Below are positions 37,849-46,809 of a stretch of DNA of 64,000 nucleotides, in pieces. How positions within the stretch are numbered: position 1 is the stretch's first letter; each line of letters opens with the position of its first letter. The notes below the pieces were generated by a model. It was not told where the DNA came from. It did no database searches and was given only the letters and a program-made list of their open reading frames with translations. Origin of the DNA: Akkermansia muciniphila (GTDB lineage Bacteria; Verrucomicrobiota; Verrucomicrobiia; Limisphaerales; SXQI01); contig CAMBHS010000001.1 in assembly GCA_945867235.1 (NCBI GenBank), positions 3,839-67,838 on the forward strand, read 5' to 3'. The translations under genes were made by a program, and so were the position numbers.

Positions 37849-38325
37849 ATGAAACGTTACAATGCTCCTTGGGGTTTACTTTTGATCCTCATTTCATCCA
37901 TTGCTACAGGTCTCTGTCTTGTTTGCGTGTTGTTTTGGCTCTTCAAGAGAGGCGACATTGGAAATTGGATGATGGCATTTCCTCTTATCATCTTGCTTTG
38001 CGCACCGTTTACCATTCGCGGATACACCCTTGATAAGGATTCAATTCTTATTCATCGGATGTTTTGGAACACTCGGCTGTCTTTATCTGGATTGCAATCG
38101 ACTCGTTATGAACCAGACGCGATGCGAAGAAGCATTCGTCTTTGCGGAAATGGCGGACTGTTTTCGTTCACGGGTTGGTTCTGGAACAAACAATTGGGTA
38201 AATATCGAGCTTTTGTTACAGACCCCAATCACCCTGTAGTTTTATGTTTTCCTAAGCGTAATATTCTGATTTCGCCGGCGACTCCGGTGGAATTTGTCGA
38301 GGAAACCGCAAAAACAATTTCGTAA
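37849..38325 (+). CDS. membrane protein with two N-terminal TMs and a bacterial PH-like domain (hypothetical)
   Basis: From the ATG at 37849: MKRYNAPWGLLLILISSIATGLCLVCVLFWLF...NWMMAFPLIILLCAPF. A ~95-aa soluble domain follows (YTLDKDSILIHRMFWNTRLSLSGLQS...YRAFVTD), resembling bPH-type domains. Assignment is tentative. Confidence 0.4.
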   Translation: MKRYNAPWGLLLILISSIATGLCLVCVLFWLFKRGDIGNWMMAFPLIILLCAPFTIRGYTLDKDSILIHRMFWNTRLSLSGLQSTRYEPDAMRRSIRLCGNGGLFSFTGWFWNKQLGKYRAFVTDPNHPVVLCFPKRNILISPATPVEFVEETAKTIS

Positions 38326-38387
38326 TAATTGTGATTTGTTTCCAACCATTTCATCCATAATCGCTGAACTCAGATACCAATCGTCCG

Positions 38388-39032
38388 ATGCCAAATCTCA
38401 CCCATCTTTTCGACAACAATAAATCCTGGTCCGCCCATATTCGGACACAAACCCCTGATTTTTTTGCCAAGCTGTCGCAACAACAATCCCCAGATTATTT
38501 GTGGATTGGCTGTTCCGATAGTCGAGTGCCTGCCAATGAAATTGTAGGATTGCTCCCGGGTGAATTATTCGTGCACCGCAATATTGCGAATCTGGTAGTT
38601 CACACAGATCTTAATTGTTTGTCTGTGATGCAATTTGCGGTGGATATCCTAAAAGTTCGTCACATTATTGTTTGTGGGCACTATGGGTGCAGCGGTGTTC
38701 TTGCGGCACTTCGTCGAGATCGACTTGGTCTCAGCGACAACTGGTTACGCCATGTGGAAGATGTGCGAACCAAGCATCAATTCTTCCTAAATTCAGCGAC
38801 AGAACATACCCACGCGGGAAACCGACTTTGTGAATTAAACGTCATTGAACAAGTAATGAACGTCTGCCAAACCACGATCGCCCGCGATGCATGGGAGCGG
38901 GGTCAGGAATTGACAGTGAACGGTTGGATCTACGGTCTACAAGACGGCATCCTACGTGATCTCAATGTTACAGTAACAAATTTCGAAGAAACAGCGACCG
39001 TCTATCGAGATGCTGTAGCTGGCTTGCAATAA
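38388..39032 (+). CDS. beta-class carbonic anhydrase
   Basis: Zinc ligands and active site are present: GCSDSRVP, HRNIANLV and VCGHYGCSGV. Confidence 0.9.
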   Translation: MPNLTHLFDNNKSWSAHIRTQTPDFFAKLSQQQSPDYLWIGCSDSRVPANEIVGLLPGELFVHRNIANLVVHTDLNCLSVMQFAVDILKVRHIIVCGHYGCSGVLAALRRDRLGLSDNWLRHVEDVRTKHQFFLNSATEHTHAGNRLCELNVIEQVMNVCQTTIARDAWERGQELTVNGWIYGLQDGILRDLNVTVTNFEETATVYRDAVAGLQ

Positions 39033-39117
39033 GCCGCATTGTTTTTCTACCCAGCCTTTGAATTGGAAGGGGAGCATTAGTTTTATTGTTGCTCCGGTAG
39101 GAACGCAGTCTAAACGA

Positions 39118-39555
39118 TCAATCTGAAGTTCCATCTCTACGTCCAAAGGCGTAGGCTTCAAACACTCGACGTATTTCGTCTCTCACCTGTCGAAAAATAA
39201 TTAATTGCTCATCGATAGTGCCGGTTGCATGAGCGGGATCCCTAAATGGCCAATGATACCGCCGCATTTGACCCGGAAAAACTGGGCACACTTGGTCGGC
39301 ATTCCCACATACCGTGATCACGGTATCAATTTTAATGTCGAGGAATTCAGTCAGTGGTTTAGAACGGTGGTGCAAAATATCGATGTTAACTTCCTTCATG
39401 ACCTGAATGGCCAGGGGATGAACATACCCAGCGGGCTTCGAACCAGCACTTTGAACATCCAAAAAATCACCGCCAATCGCGCGTAAAAATCCTTCCGCTA
39501 AATGGCTGCGGCAAGAATTACCAGTGCAAAGAATTAAAACTGTAGGTTTGATCAT
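39118..39555 (-). CDS. arsC: arsenate reductase, thioredoxin-coupled LMW-PTPase type
   Basis: P-loop LCTGNSCRS, plus the two downstream redox cysteines in VCGNADQVCP and HWPFRDP. It is collinear with B. subtilis/S. aureus ArsC. Confidence 0.8.
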   Translation of the reverse strand: MIKPTVLILCTGNSCRSHLAEGFLRAIGGDFLDVQSAGSKPAGYVHPLAIQVMKEVNIDILHHRSKPLTEFLDIKIDTVITVCGNADQVCPVFPGQMRRYHWPFRDPAHATGTIDEQLIIFRQVRDEIRRVFEAYAFGRRDGTSD

Positions 39556-39573
39556 TTTTAGCGAAAGATAAAT

Positions 39574-40242
39574 TTAATGAGAAGGTCTCATGGCTCGAAC
39601 CATTGGAACCGCAGCCAGTGCACCCAAAGTCGGAGCTATGATATAAATCCACAGATCGCCTAATTGCCAAGAGACCAAGGCCGGAGCCAACGAACGAACT
39701 GGGTTCATAGAAGCACCACACAATGGGCCTGCAAACATTGCTTCAAGTCCAATCATACTTCCCACCACAATGCCTGCGGTTAGGCCTTTTTCTTTTGCCC
39801 CAGAAGATACACACAAAATTACAATCATGAGCAGGAAAGTGAGCACGAACTCCATCACAAATGAACGCAGCAATGCACCCTGTGGATGAGTGGAACCCAA
39901 GCCTTTGCTTTCGGGAAACATCAAGCATAATAAGCCGCTGGCGCATATTCCCCCGATTGCCTGACTGAGCACATACGGGATCACCATATTGAATTCCAAC
40001 CGGCGCGCAGCATAGAAAGCAAGGGTTACCGCAGGATTAAGGTGAGCACCTGATATATCCCCTAGTGCATAAATCATCACAAGCACAATGAGCCCAAAAG
40101 TCAGTGCCACACCTGCATGAGTAATGACGCCACCAAATTGTTGATCGATCACGATGGCGCCAGTGCCGGCGAATACCATCGCAAAAGTTCCCAATGCTTC
40201 TGCCACCATTCGATTAGGCAAAGTGATCTTTGGTTGATCCAT
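39574..40242 (-). CDS. MIP-family channel, NIP/AqpN-like aquaglyceroporin (candidate arsenite channel)
   Basis: Six TMs. The first motif is ISGAHLNPAVT (NPA); the second is GASMNPVRSLAPA (NPV). The SMNP.RSL.PA context is that of NIP-type channels. I prefer the ATG at 40242 (MDQPKITLPNR...); the track start at 40251 is TTG. Confidence 0.8.
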   Translation of the reverse strand: MDQPKITLPNRMVAEALGTFAMVFAGTGAIVIDQQFGGVITHAGVALTFGLIVLVMIYALGDISGAHLNPAVTLAFYAARRLEFNMVIPYVLSQAIGGICASGLLCLMFPESKGLGSTHPQGALLRSFVMEFVLTFLLMIVILCVSSGAKEKGLTAGIVVGSMIGLEAMFAGPLCGASMNPVRSLAPALVSWQLGDLWIYIIAPTLGALAAVPMVRAMRPSH

Positions 40243-40253
40243 TTTTTTCAAAA

Positions 40254-42155
40254 TTAAGGTTTGCGAACAGGTAACACTTGAATTTGCAATGAGGACGGAT
40301 TTGTCGCAGATCGAAAGATTCGCTGATTCGCCTTACGAAAATCTTCAGGTTTTGCGGTGGGGATATTGACGAATGTTTGCGGGTTTCGATCTACGAGAGG
40401 GAACCATGAACTTTGAATGTGAATTACAACGCGGTGACCTCGTCGGAAGGTGTGACAAATATCAGGAATCGTAAATTGAATGCGAGTGATTTGATCCGGA
40501 ATAAAAGGCTCAGGTTTTTCAAAGCTGTTGCGAAATTTTCCACGAAAAACATCCCCTCGGACGAGTTGTTGATAGCCACCCATTTTCACATCAGCTGGGT
40601 TCGGATCTGGGTTAGGAAAATCACCCGGATAGGTATCAATGAGCTTAATAACCCAATCCGAATCGGTCCCGGATGTGGAGACGTTGAGGACAGCAGTTAA
40701 GGGTCCTGCCAGCGTGAGGTCATTCTCTAGGGGATCCGTTTCGTAGGTTAATACGTCAGTACGTGACGCGGCAAATCTTTGATCTTCCAAAGGATAATCA
40801 GCAGGATACTTTTGAGATTTTGTGTTGGTGTATGGAACAGGTTTAGCGGGGTCGCTAATATATTCATCAAAGGATTCATTTTTTTCAACCGGAGGTTCAA
40901 AACTGAGCTTTCCGTTAGCCTGAAAAAAGAGGTTCCGAGTTACAGAATCTTTAGGTGGCCACGCATCGAATTTGCGCCATTGGTGGGTGCCGGTTTCAAA
41001 TATTTGCGCCTCGGTTGCTGAGTAATTGGTATCTCCTTTAAGGAAGTGTCGAAAAAATGGGAGTTCGATTTTGTCCCGGTAATAATCGGCGGTTTTTGCG
41101 TGAAAGTTGATGGGGCCTAATTTTTTGCCTGAGGTTCGACTCCAAGCCCCGTGTGACCAAGGCCCCATAACCAACGTGTTGGTGATGCCTATGTTTTGGC
41201 GTTCGGTCCACCGATAGGTTTCCAAAGGTCCAAAAAGATCCTCTGCATCAAACCATCCCCCTACGTTCAAAACGGCACATCGAATATTTTTTAAGTGGGG
41301 TCGAATGTTCCGAGCCTTCCAATAGGAATCATAAGTCGGATGCGCAAGAAATTCTTTCCATTCAGGAGATCTTCCTTTCAAAAGGTTGGCATCAGAGTTG
41401 GCCAATGATCCCATTCGCAGGAAAAAATCATAGCCATCCGGGGTATTGAAATTGAAATCCTTATGGCCTTCGTGAAGCGGATCCTCAGGTTTCTGTGAGA
41501 ATTTGTAAAAAAAATCAAAATTCTGACTAAGAAAAAATGCGCCGTTATGATGAAGATCGTCGCCAATAAACCAGTCCGCGATGGGGGCTTGGGGTGAGGC
41601 TGCCTTTAGGGCAGGGTGGTTGTCGATCATTCCCATCGAAGTATAAAATCCTGGGTAAGAGACGCCAAACAACCCAACCTTTCCATTGTTCGACGGAATA
41701 TTTTTCACCAGCCAATCAATGGAATCCCAAGCATCACTGCTCTCATCGATTTCCTTAGGTCCCTTGTTAGGATTAAAGGGGCGGACATGAACAAACTCTC
41801 CCTCGGATCCGTAGCGCCCCCGCACATCCTGGGTAACCATAATGAACCGGTCTTTAGCCAAAGTGCGAAACGACCCTTCGGGTGAGGTGTAATTATCGGC
41901 TCCATACGGTTTCAAGGCGTAGGGAGTGCGGGTCAATAGGATAGGCCATGACGTGGAATCATCCTTCGGCACGAATACTCGAGTGAGGAGACGAACCCCA
42001 TCGCGCATCGGAATCAAGTATTCATATTTGGTATAATGCTCATCAAACCAATGAGTGTTGGTGTCCGAAATATTTTGCGCGTAGGTGTTCGAAAATGGCG
42101 AACAGAGGAACACGATCACTAGAAGCCTGAAAAAAAGTTGCTGGGTAGAAGGCAT
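40254..42155 (-). CDS. secreted CocE/NonD-family (S15, X-Pro dipeptidyl-peptidase-like) alpha/beta hydrolase
   Basis: From the ATG at 42155: MPSTQQLFFRLLVIVFLCSPFSNTYAQ, a signal peptide. The nucleophile elbow is GVSYPGFY. The ~630-aa length and the C-terminal beta-sandwich region (HRVVIHIQSSWFPLVDRNPQTF) are typical of the family. Confidence 0.75.
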   Translation of the reverse strand: MPSTQQLFFRLLVIVFLCSPFSNTYAQNISDTNTHWFDEHYTKYEYLIPMRDGVRLLTRVFVPKDDSTSWPILLTRTPYALKPYGADNYTSPEGSFRTLAKDRFIMVTQDVRGRYGSEGEFVHVRPFNPNKGPKEIDESSDAWDSIDWLVKNIPSNNGKVGLFGVSYPGFYTSMGMIDNHPALKAASPQAPIADWFIGDDLHHNGAFFLSQNFDFFYKFSQKPEDPLHEGHKDFNFNTPDGYDFFLRMGSLANSDANLLKGRSPEWKEFLAHPTYDSYWKARNIRPHLKNIRCAVLNVGGWFDAEDLFGPLETYRWTERQNIGITNTLVMGPWSHGAWSRTSGKKLGPINFHAKTADYYRDKIELPFFRHFLKGDTNYSATEAQIFETGTHQWRKFDAWPPKDSVTRNLFFQANGKLSFEPPVEKNESFDEYISDPAKPVPYTNTKSQKYPADYPLEDQRFAASRTDVLTYETDPLENDLTLAGPLTAVLNVSTSGTDSDWVIKLIDTYPGDFPNPDPNPADVKMGGYQQLVRGDVFRGKFRNSFEKPEPFIPDQITRIQFTIPDICHTFRRGHRVVIHIQSSWFPLVDRNPQTFVNIPTAKPEDFRKANQRIFRSATNPSSLQIQVLPVRKP

Positions 42156-42306
42156 CCAAAAGACTGGACGTATTGGTCGCGTCCGAGCAAGTCGGAAATT
42201 ATGTCGATTAAGAATATTACCTGAGTATGTCACTAACCTCCGCGACGGATTCGTTCAAGTGATACTCCAACCAAGGTCGATTCTAAAACATGACAAGGAA
42301 CCATTC

Positions 42307-42741
42307 TCACTCATCGGAGAGTCCACGGGTGTTGAGGAATTGTTGCAATGTTTGCGGGTGATTTTCGAAAAATTGAGCGAGGTCTGCTAGGCACTTCGCC
42401 GTTTCAGGACTTAAATGATGTTCTATCCCTTCAATATCCCGATGTTGGGTTTCAGTTGGTAGTCCGAAAACAGAAAAAAAACGAGCGAGGGTGACATGCC
42501 TTTTTTTAATGAGCTGAGCTATGTCACTTCCGGCGACCGTGAGTGTAAGTCCACGGTGTTTTTCGTAATGAATAAAACCCAGCTCGCCAAGTTTTTGCAC
42601 CATCTTCGTCACCGAGGCCTGTTTGACTTTGAGGCTATTGGCGATATCGATGACTCGGGCATACCCCTTTTCGTCGATCAACTCTTGAATGCGCTCAAGA
42701 TAATCTTCCGCGCTTTGACTTGGAGTTGACGCGATTGGCAT
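42307..42741 (-). CDS. mntR: MntR-type (DtxR-family) metal-dependent transcriptional regulator
   Basis: Collinear with B. subtilis MntR: SAEDYLERIQELIDEKGYARVIDIANSLKVKQASVTKMVQKL, and DIEGIEHHL. The metal ligands (D/E in EDYLE, H in KKRH, E..EHH) are conserved. There is no SH3-like C-terminal domain. Confidence 0.8.
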   Translation of the reverse strand: MPIASTPSQSAEDYLERIQELIDEKGYARVIDIANSLKVKQASVTKMVQKLGELGFIHYEKHRGLTLTVAGSDIAQLIKKRHVTLARFFSVFGLPTETQHRDIEGIEHHLSPETAKCLADLAQFFENHPQTLQQFLNTRGLSDE

Positions 42742-42829
42742 GTGTTTGGTGTCAGAATGGTTACACGGTGTGGAGAAAAAGCAAGGATGCCCTTAAAGTT
42801 GATCGAGACATTTTTTTTGAAAAAACGCT

Positions 42830-42845
42830 TGTGAAATATTTCACG
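42830..42845. promoter_or_regulatory. operator-like palindrome TGTGAAATATTTCACG in the mntR/atpB divergent intergenic region
   Basis: GTGAAATATTTCAC is a perfect 14-bp palindrome. With the flanking T it reads TGTGA-N6-TCAC(g), the CRP/FNR-family half-site geometry. It lies ~80-100 nt from both start codons. Confidence 0.35.
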
Positions 42846-42925
42846 ATCATCCATTTTTAAATCGATCTCGGGAACGCGACATTGCTATTTGAGATCACCA
42901 CTTTCCGATTTGATAAGAATTCAGA

Positions 42926-43888
42926 ATGAGACATTGGCTCAGATTAATACTGGTAATGGTGGCGTTTTTTTTGCCATCGAGCAGTTTGCTTTTCGCCCAA
43001 GTGGCGCATGAGCCAACCACCGCTCACTCTGCCGCACATTCAACTCCTGTGCATGGCACTCATGCGACAGAAGAGGGAATTCCTCTTTTTGCAAAACCCA
43101 TTTTCTCGATTGGATCTCTCCCAGTAACCAATTCAATGATCGTCACTTGGGCGGTGGCTTTATTATTAATCGTTGGGTCTCAATTAGCGATGCGTCGAGC
43201 GCGGCTCGTTCCATCGGGGGCGCAAAATTTTTGGGAATTCATCGTCGAAGGATTGCATAATTTCCTAGGTGGAGTTCTTGGTAAAGAGTTGGCTGCCAAA
43301 ACATTCTGGTTTTTCGCGACAATTTTCATTCTTATTCTAGCCACCAACTGGTTTGGGTTAATTCCGGGCGTCGGCACAGTTGGATGGGGACATCCTGACG
43401 CGCAAGGTGTTTTGCACCACATTTCAACCCCCGTTTTGCGAGGAGCCAATGCCGATTTAAATATGACACTGGCCATGTCGATGATCTTTTTTGTGTGTTG
43501 GGTTGTCTGGGCGTTGCAGGCAAATGGGCCGGGTGGTTTTATCATGCATCTTTTTGGTCCAAAAGGCGCAACCCAAGGTCTTCTCAAGGTATTGATGGTT
43601 GTCGTATTTATTGCTGCCGGGTTATTAGAAGTGGTGTCCATTCTATTTAGACCTGTTTCACTTAGTTTTCGGCTTTTCGGAAATATTTACGCCGGAGAAA
43701 ACATGCTAGAATCGATGGCTGCCATCGTTCCCATGCTTAGCGGCATTATCCCCATTCCATTTTATTTCATGGAATTAATGGTTGGATTGGTGCAGGCTCT
43801 CGTCTTTATGCTGCTCACTGCGGTGTTTACACTTTTAATATGTTCCCATGGGGAGGATCAGCACAAAGATAAGGATGCTCACCACTAG
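42926..43888 (+). CDS. atpB: F0F1 ATP synthase subunit a
   Basis: The essential Arg region is SLSFRLFGNIYAGE, within a five-TM C-terminal core. There is an N-terminal extension with a signal-like helix and a His-rich stretch. Confidence 0.9.
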   Translation: MRHWLRLILVMVAFFLPSSSLLFAQVAHEPTTAHSAAHSTPVHGTHATEEGIPLFAKPIFSIGSLPVTNSMIVTWAVALLLIVGSQLAMRRARLVPSGAQNFWEFIVEGLHNFLGGVLGKELAAKTFWFFATIFILILATNWFGLIPGVGTVGWGHPDAQGVLHHISTPVLRGANADLNMTLAMSMIFFVCWVVWALQANGPGGFIMHLFGPKGATQGLLKVLMVVVFIAAGLLEVVSILFRPVSLSFRLFGNIYAGENMLESMAAIVPMLSGIIPIPFYFMELMVGLVQALVFMLLTAVFTLLICSHGEDQHKDKDAHH

Positions 43889-43961
43889 AATTTAATCAAT
43901 TTCAATGGTTTGACCGTGGTCACCTGCGGGAATTATTGATACCAAAAAACGAAAGAAACCT

Positions 43962-44174
43962 ATGTTAATCCCCATGTTTGCAGAACTCACCGGAAACTTA
44001 CACGTTGCTGCCGCCGCTCTCGGTGCTGCGATTGGTGTAGGACTTATCGGTATGAAAGCTTCTGAGGCGGTGGGCCGGAATCCCGGAGCCGCAACACCGA
44101 TCCTTGTTCAAGCGATCTTGAGCACTGCCTTCGCTGAAGGTATCGTGTTCTTCGCTATATACTTGGTGAAGTAA
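43962..44174 (+). CDS. atpE: F0F1 ATP synthase subunit c
   Basis: A 70-aa helical hairpin with loop GRNPGA and the carboxylate in AFAEGIVFF. Confidence 0.9.
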   Translation: MLIPMFAELTGNLHVAAAALGAAIGVGLIGMKASEAVGRNPGAATPILVQAILSTAFAEGIVFFAIYLVK

Positions 44175-44183
44175 TTACTTAGT

Positions 44184-44210
44184 GAAGCGGAGCTCGAATA
44201 GCTCCGCTTC
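44184..44210 (+). promoter_or_regulatory. perfect 11-bp stem-loop between atpE and atpF
   Basis: gaagcggagct-cgaat-agctccgcttc begins 9 nt after the atpE stop. No U-tract follows. Confidence 0.6.
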
Positions 44211-44238
44211 CTATCGTTTGATCGTTTTACAGAGTTTT

Positions 44239-44790
44239 ATGACGCAATTTATTTTGCTAGCTGCCGCAGATGGAGGACTGTTGGAGTCCGCCCGACAAAC
44301 TGGAGAACAATTCGGCTTTAACAAGTCGATGTTCATTGCGCAGGTGATCAGTTTCTTACTGGTCGCATTGTTGCTTCGTGCGTTTGCCTATAAGCCGATT
44401 TTGAAGATGCTGGAGCAGCGCCGACAATTGATTGCTCAAGGATTAGAAAATGCCGATCGAATCAAATCTGAATTGTCTAAAACCGAAGCGGCTCGCCAGG
44501 AAATTTTGCAACAAGCCAATACTCAAGCACTCCGTTTGATCGAAGAAGCGAGGGCTGCTGCCGCAAGAGTTCAAGAGGTAGAGACTCAGAAGGCGATCGC
44601 TGCTGCAGAACAAATTATTTCAAAAGCCCGGGAAGCTGCCAAGTTGGATCACGCACAAATGATCGCCGAGTTAAAACGCGAGATCGGCCAGTTGGTGGTG
44701 CGGACAACGATGCAAGTCACTGGAAAGGTTCTGTCCGTGGAGGATCAGCACCGTCTGGTTGACGACACGAATCGTCAGATTGCCGCCTAA
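44239..44790 (+). CDS. atpF: F0F1 ATP synthase subunit b
   Basis: From the ATG at 44239: MTQFILLAA...FGFNKSMFIAQVISFLLVALLLRAFAYKPILKMLEQRRQLI, then a long Ala/Glu/Gln/Arg helix. The track start (GTG at 44182) lies inside the hairpin and is rejected. Confidence 0.8.
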   Translation: MTQFILLAAADGGLLESARQTGEQFGFNKSMFIAQVISFLLVALLLRAFAYKPILKMLEQRRQLIAQGLENADRIKSELSKTEAARQEILQQANTQALRLIEEARAAAARVQEVETQKAIAAAEQIISKAREAAKLDHAQMIAELKREIGQLVVRTTMQVTGKVLSVEDQHRLVDDTNRQIAA

Positions 44791-44801
44791 CTGCTAAGGC
44801 C

Positions 44802-45194
44802 ATGAAGATTCCCAAGCAAGCACGTCGCGACGCCAAACATCTTTTTGGGTTCACGTTTATTAACGGAACCATGGATGAACCTCGCGTGCGACAATCGATG
44901 CAACTGCTGCTGACACAAAAACCGCGTAATTATTTGGCGGTGGCGAGTCATTTGCATCGCTTGGTAAAACTTGAAATCGAGCGCAGAACTGCGGCGGTTC
45001 AAAGTGCGATTGCTTTGTCACCGGACATTCAAGCTAAAGTGAAGCAGAATCTTTCCGGTCGGTATGGAAAAGGACTGAATGTAGTTTTTTCCGTTAACCC
45101 AACTTTAATAGGTGGATTACGGATCCAAGTGGGTAGCGATGTGTATGATGGGAGTGTCCACGCACGACTTGCTGCCCTTGAGAATAGTTTTTAA
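44802..45194 (+). CDS. atpH: F0F1 ATP synthase subunit delta (OSCP), unusually short at 130 aa
   Basis: Operon position between b and alpha. The C-terminal delta signature is NPTLIGGLRIQVGSDVYDGSVHARLAALE. Confidence 0.75.
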   Translation: MKIPKQARRDAKHLFGFTFINGTMDEPRVRQSMQLLLTQKPRNYLAVASHLHRLVKLEIERRTAAVQSAIALSPDIQAKVKQNLSGRYGKGLNVVFSVNPTLIGGLRIQVGSDVYDGSVHARLAALENSF

Positions 45195-45227
45195 TATTTA
45201 AGAATCCAAAGAATTTTCAGTGATGCA

Positions 45228-46760
45228 ATGAGCACATTACTCCAAGACATTGAGGCGCAAATCGCGGGGGTGAAAACCTCTGTGAACAAACAAAACGTAG
45301 GTGTTGTCCGTGAGATCGCGGACGGCGTGGCCAAAATCGAGGGTCTGACTGACGTCATGCTCAACGAAATGATCGACTTCGGCAATGGCGTTGTCGGTTT
45401 GGCTTTGAACCTCGAGGAGACTGAGGTAGGGGCCATCATTCTCGGCGAATACACCTCGATAGCGGAAGGCCAGGAGGTTCGCACCACGGGACAACTACTT
45501 TCGGTTCCTGTTGGTAAAGGGTTGTTGGGTCGGGTGGTGAATGCACTCGGTCAACCGGTGGATGGTAAAGGGCCAATCACCGCGACAGCAACTTATCCGG
45601 TCGAGAAAATTGCTCCTGGAATTATCAAACGCAAATCGGTGAGCCAACCACTGCAGACTGGTATTGCAGCCATCGACGCGATGATTCCGATTGGACGGGG
45701 ACAGCGCGAATTGATCATTGGAGATCGTTCAACAGGTAAAACCACGATATGTGTGGATACCATCATCAGCCAAGCGCGTCTGAATCGGGCGGCAGAGGCA
45801 TCTGGTGAAAAGGATTTCCGACCTGTTTACAGCATTTACGTGGCAATCGGCCAACGTCAATCCAATGTCGCTCGTGTCATTAGTGTCTTGGAGGCAGCAG
45901 GTGCGATGCCTTACACGATCATTGTTGCCTCCACCGCAGCAGATTCCGCGACCAATCAATACTTGGCTCCTTTCTCTGGAACCTCAATGGGCGAGTGGTT
46001 CATGGATAATGGGATGGATGCATTAATTATTTTTGATGACCTTTCCAAACACGCTGTGGCCTACCGTCAGGTGTCGCTCGTGTTGAAGCGACCTTCGGGG
46101 CGCGAGGCTTATCCTGGCGACGTATTTTATCTGCACAGCCGTTTGTTGGAACGGTCCGCACGGGTTACCGAGAAATCGGGCAACGGGTCGTTGACAGCGT
46201 TGCCAATTATTGAGACACAAGCCGGAGATGTTTCGGCTTATATTCCAACCAACGTAATTTCGATTACGGACGGTCAAATTTATTTGGAGACAGATCTATT
46301 TTATCAAGGCATTCGTCCCGCCGTTTCGGTCGGACTTTCTGTGTCACGAGTTGGATCGTCTGCTCAAATAAAAGCCATGAAACAAGTGGCTGGACGTATC
46401 AAACTCGATCTAGCTCAGTTTCGAGAACTGGCCGCGTTCGCACAGTTCGGATCAGATCTTGACGCAGGAACCCAAGCGAAGCTGGAACTCGGGAAGCGCA
46501 TTGTTGAAGTCTTCAAGCAGCCCCAATACAATCCAATTCCAGTTGAGATTCAGGCCATTATTTTGTGGACGGTTCAAAATGGCTTCATGAATAAGATCGC
46601 CGTTGAAAAAATCAAAGATTTCCAAAACAAGCTGTCGGATTACCTAACAACACGTAAGGGAGATTTGATGGCGAAGTTGCAAAAGGAAAAAGCGATCACA
46701 GATCCTATCGCCACGGAACTAAAATCCGTTCTGGCTGATTTCACCAGCACCTACAAATAA
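45228..46760 (+). CDS. atpA: F0F1 ATP synthase subunit alpha
   Basis: Walker [10 protein letters not shown]. It is collinear with AtpA throughout (e.g. [33 protein letters not shown]). Confidence 0.95.
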   Translation: MSTLLQDIEAQIAGVKTSVNKQNVGVVREIADGVAKIEGLTDVMLNEMIDFGNGVVGLALNLEETEVGAIILGEYTSIAEGQEVRTTGQLLSVPVGKGLLGRVVNALGQPVDGKGPITATATYPVEKIAPGIIKRKSVSQPLQTGIAAIDAMIPIGRGQRELIIGDRSTGKTTICVDTIISQARLNRAAEASGEKDFRPVYSIYVAIGQRQSNVARVISVLEAAGAMPYTIIVASTAADSATNQYLAPFSGTSMGEWFMDNGMDALIIFDDLSKHAVAYRQVSLVLKRPSGREAYPGDVFYLHSRLLERSARVTEKSGNGSLTALPIIETQAGDVSAYIPTNVISITDGQIYLETDLFYQGIRPAVSVGLSVSRVGSSAQIKAMKQVAGRIKLDLAQFRELAAFAQFGSDLDAGTQAKLELGKRIVEVFKQPQYNPIPVEIQAIILWTVQNGFMNKIAVEKIKDFQNKLSDYLTTRKGDLMAKLQKEKAITDPIATELKSVLADFTSTYK

Positions 46761-46809
46761 ACGAGATGCACCTGTTTCTTTCGTCCCGTGACGAAAGTTT
46801 CTGAATTCT

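Noticed and set aside
37569-42741. tRNA-Gln-flanked genomic island (carbonic anhydrase, arsC, MIP, S15 hydrolase, mntR)
   Set aside because: No integrase, recombinase or phage genes are present. I found no direct repeat of the tRNA 3' end downstream, and no obvious compositional shift by eye. Only an imperfect palindrome (ATCACGAGAA-TT-TTCTCGCGAT, ~37796-37817) lies nearby.
43962-44174. Na+-translocating c-subunit
   Set aside because: Helix 2 reads AFAEGIVFF. The carboxylate is followed by Gly-Ile rather than the Ser/Thr of the Na+-binding ES/ET motif. The helix-1 position equivalent to the Na+-ligand Gln is hydrophobic, so this is most likely H+-coupled.
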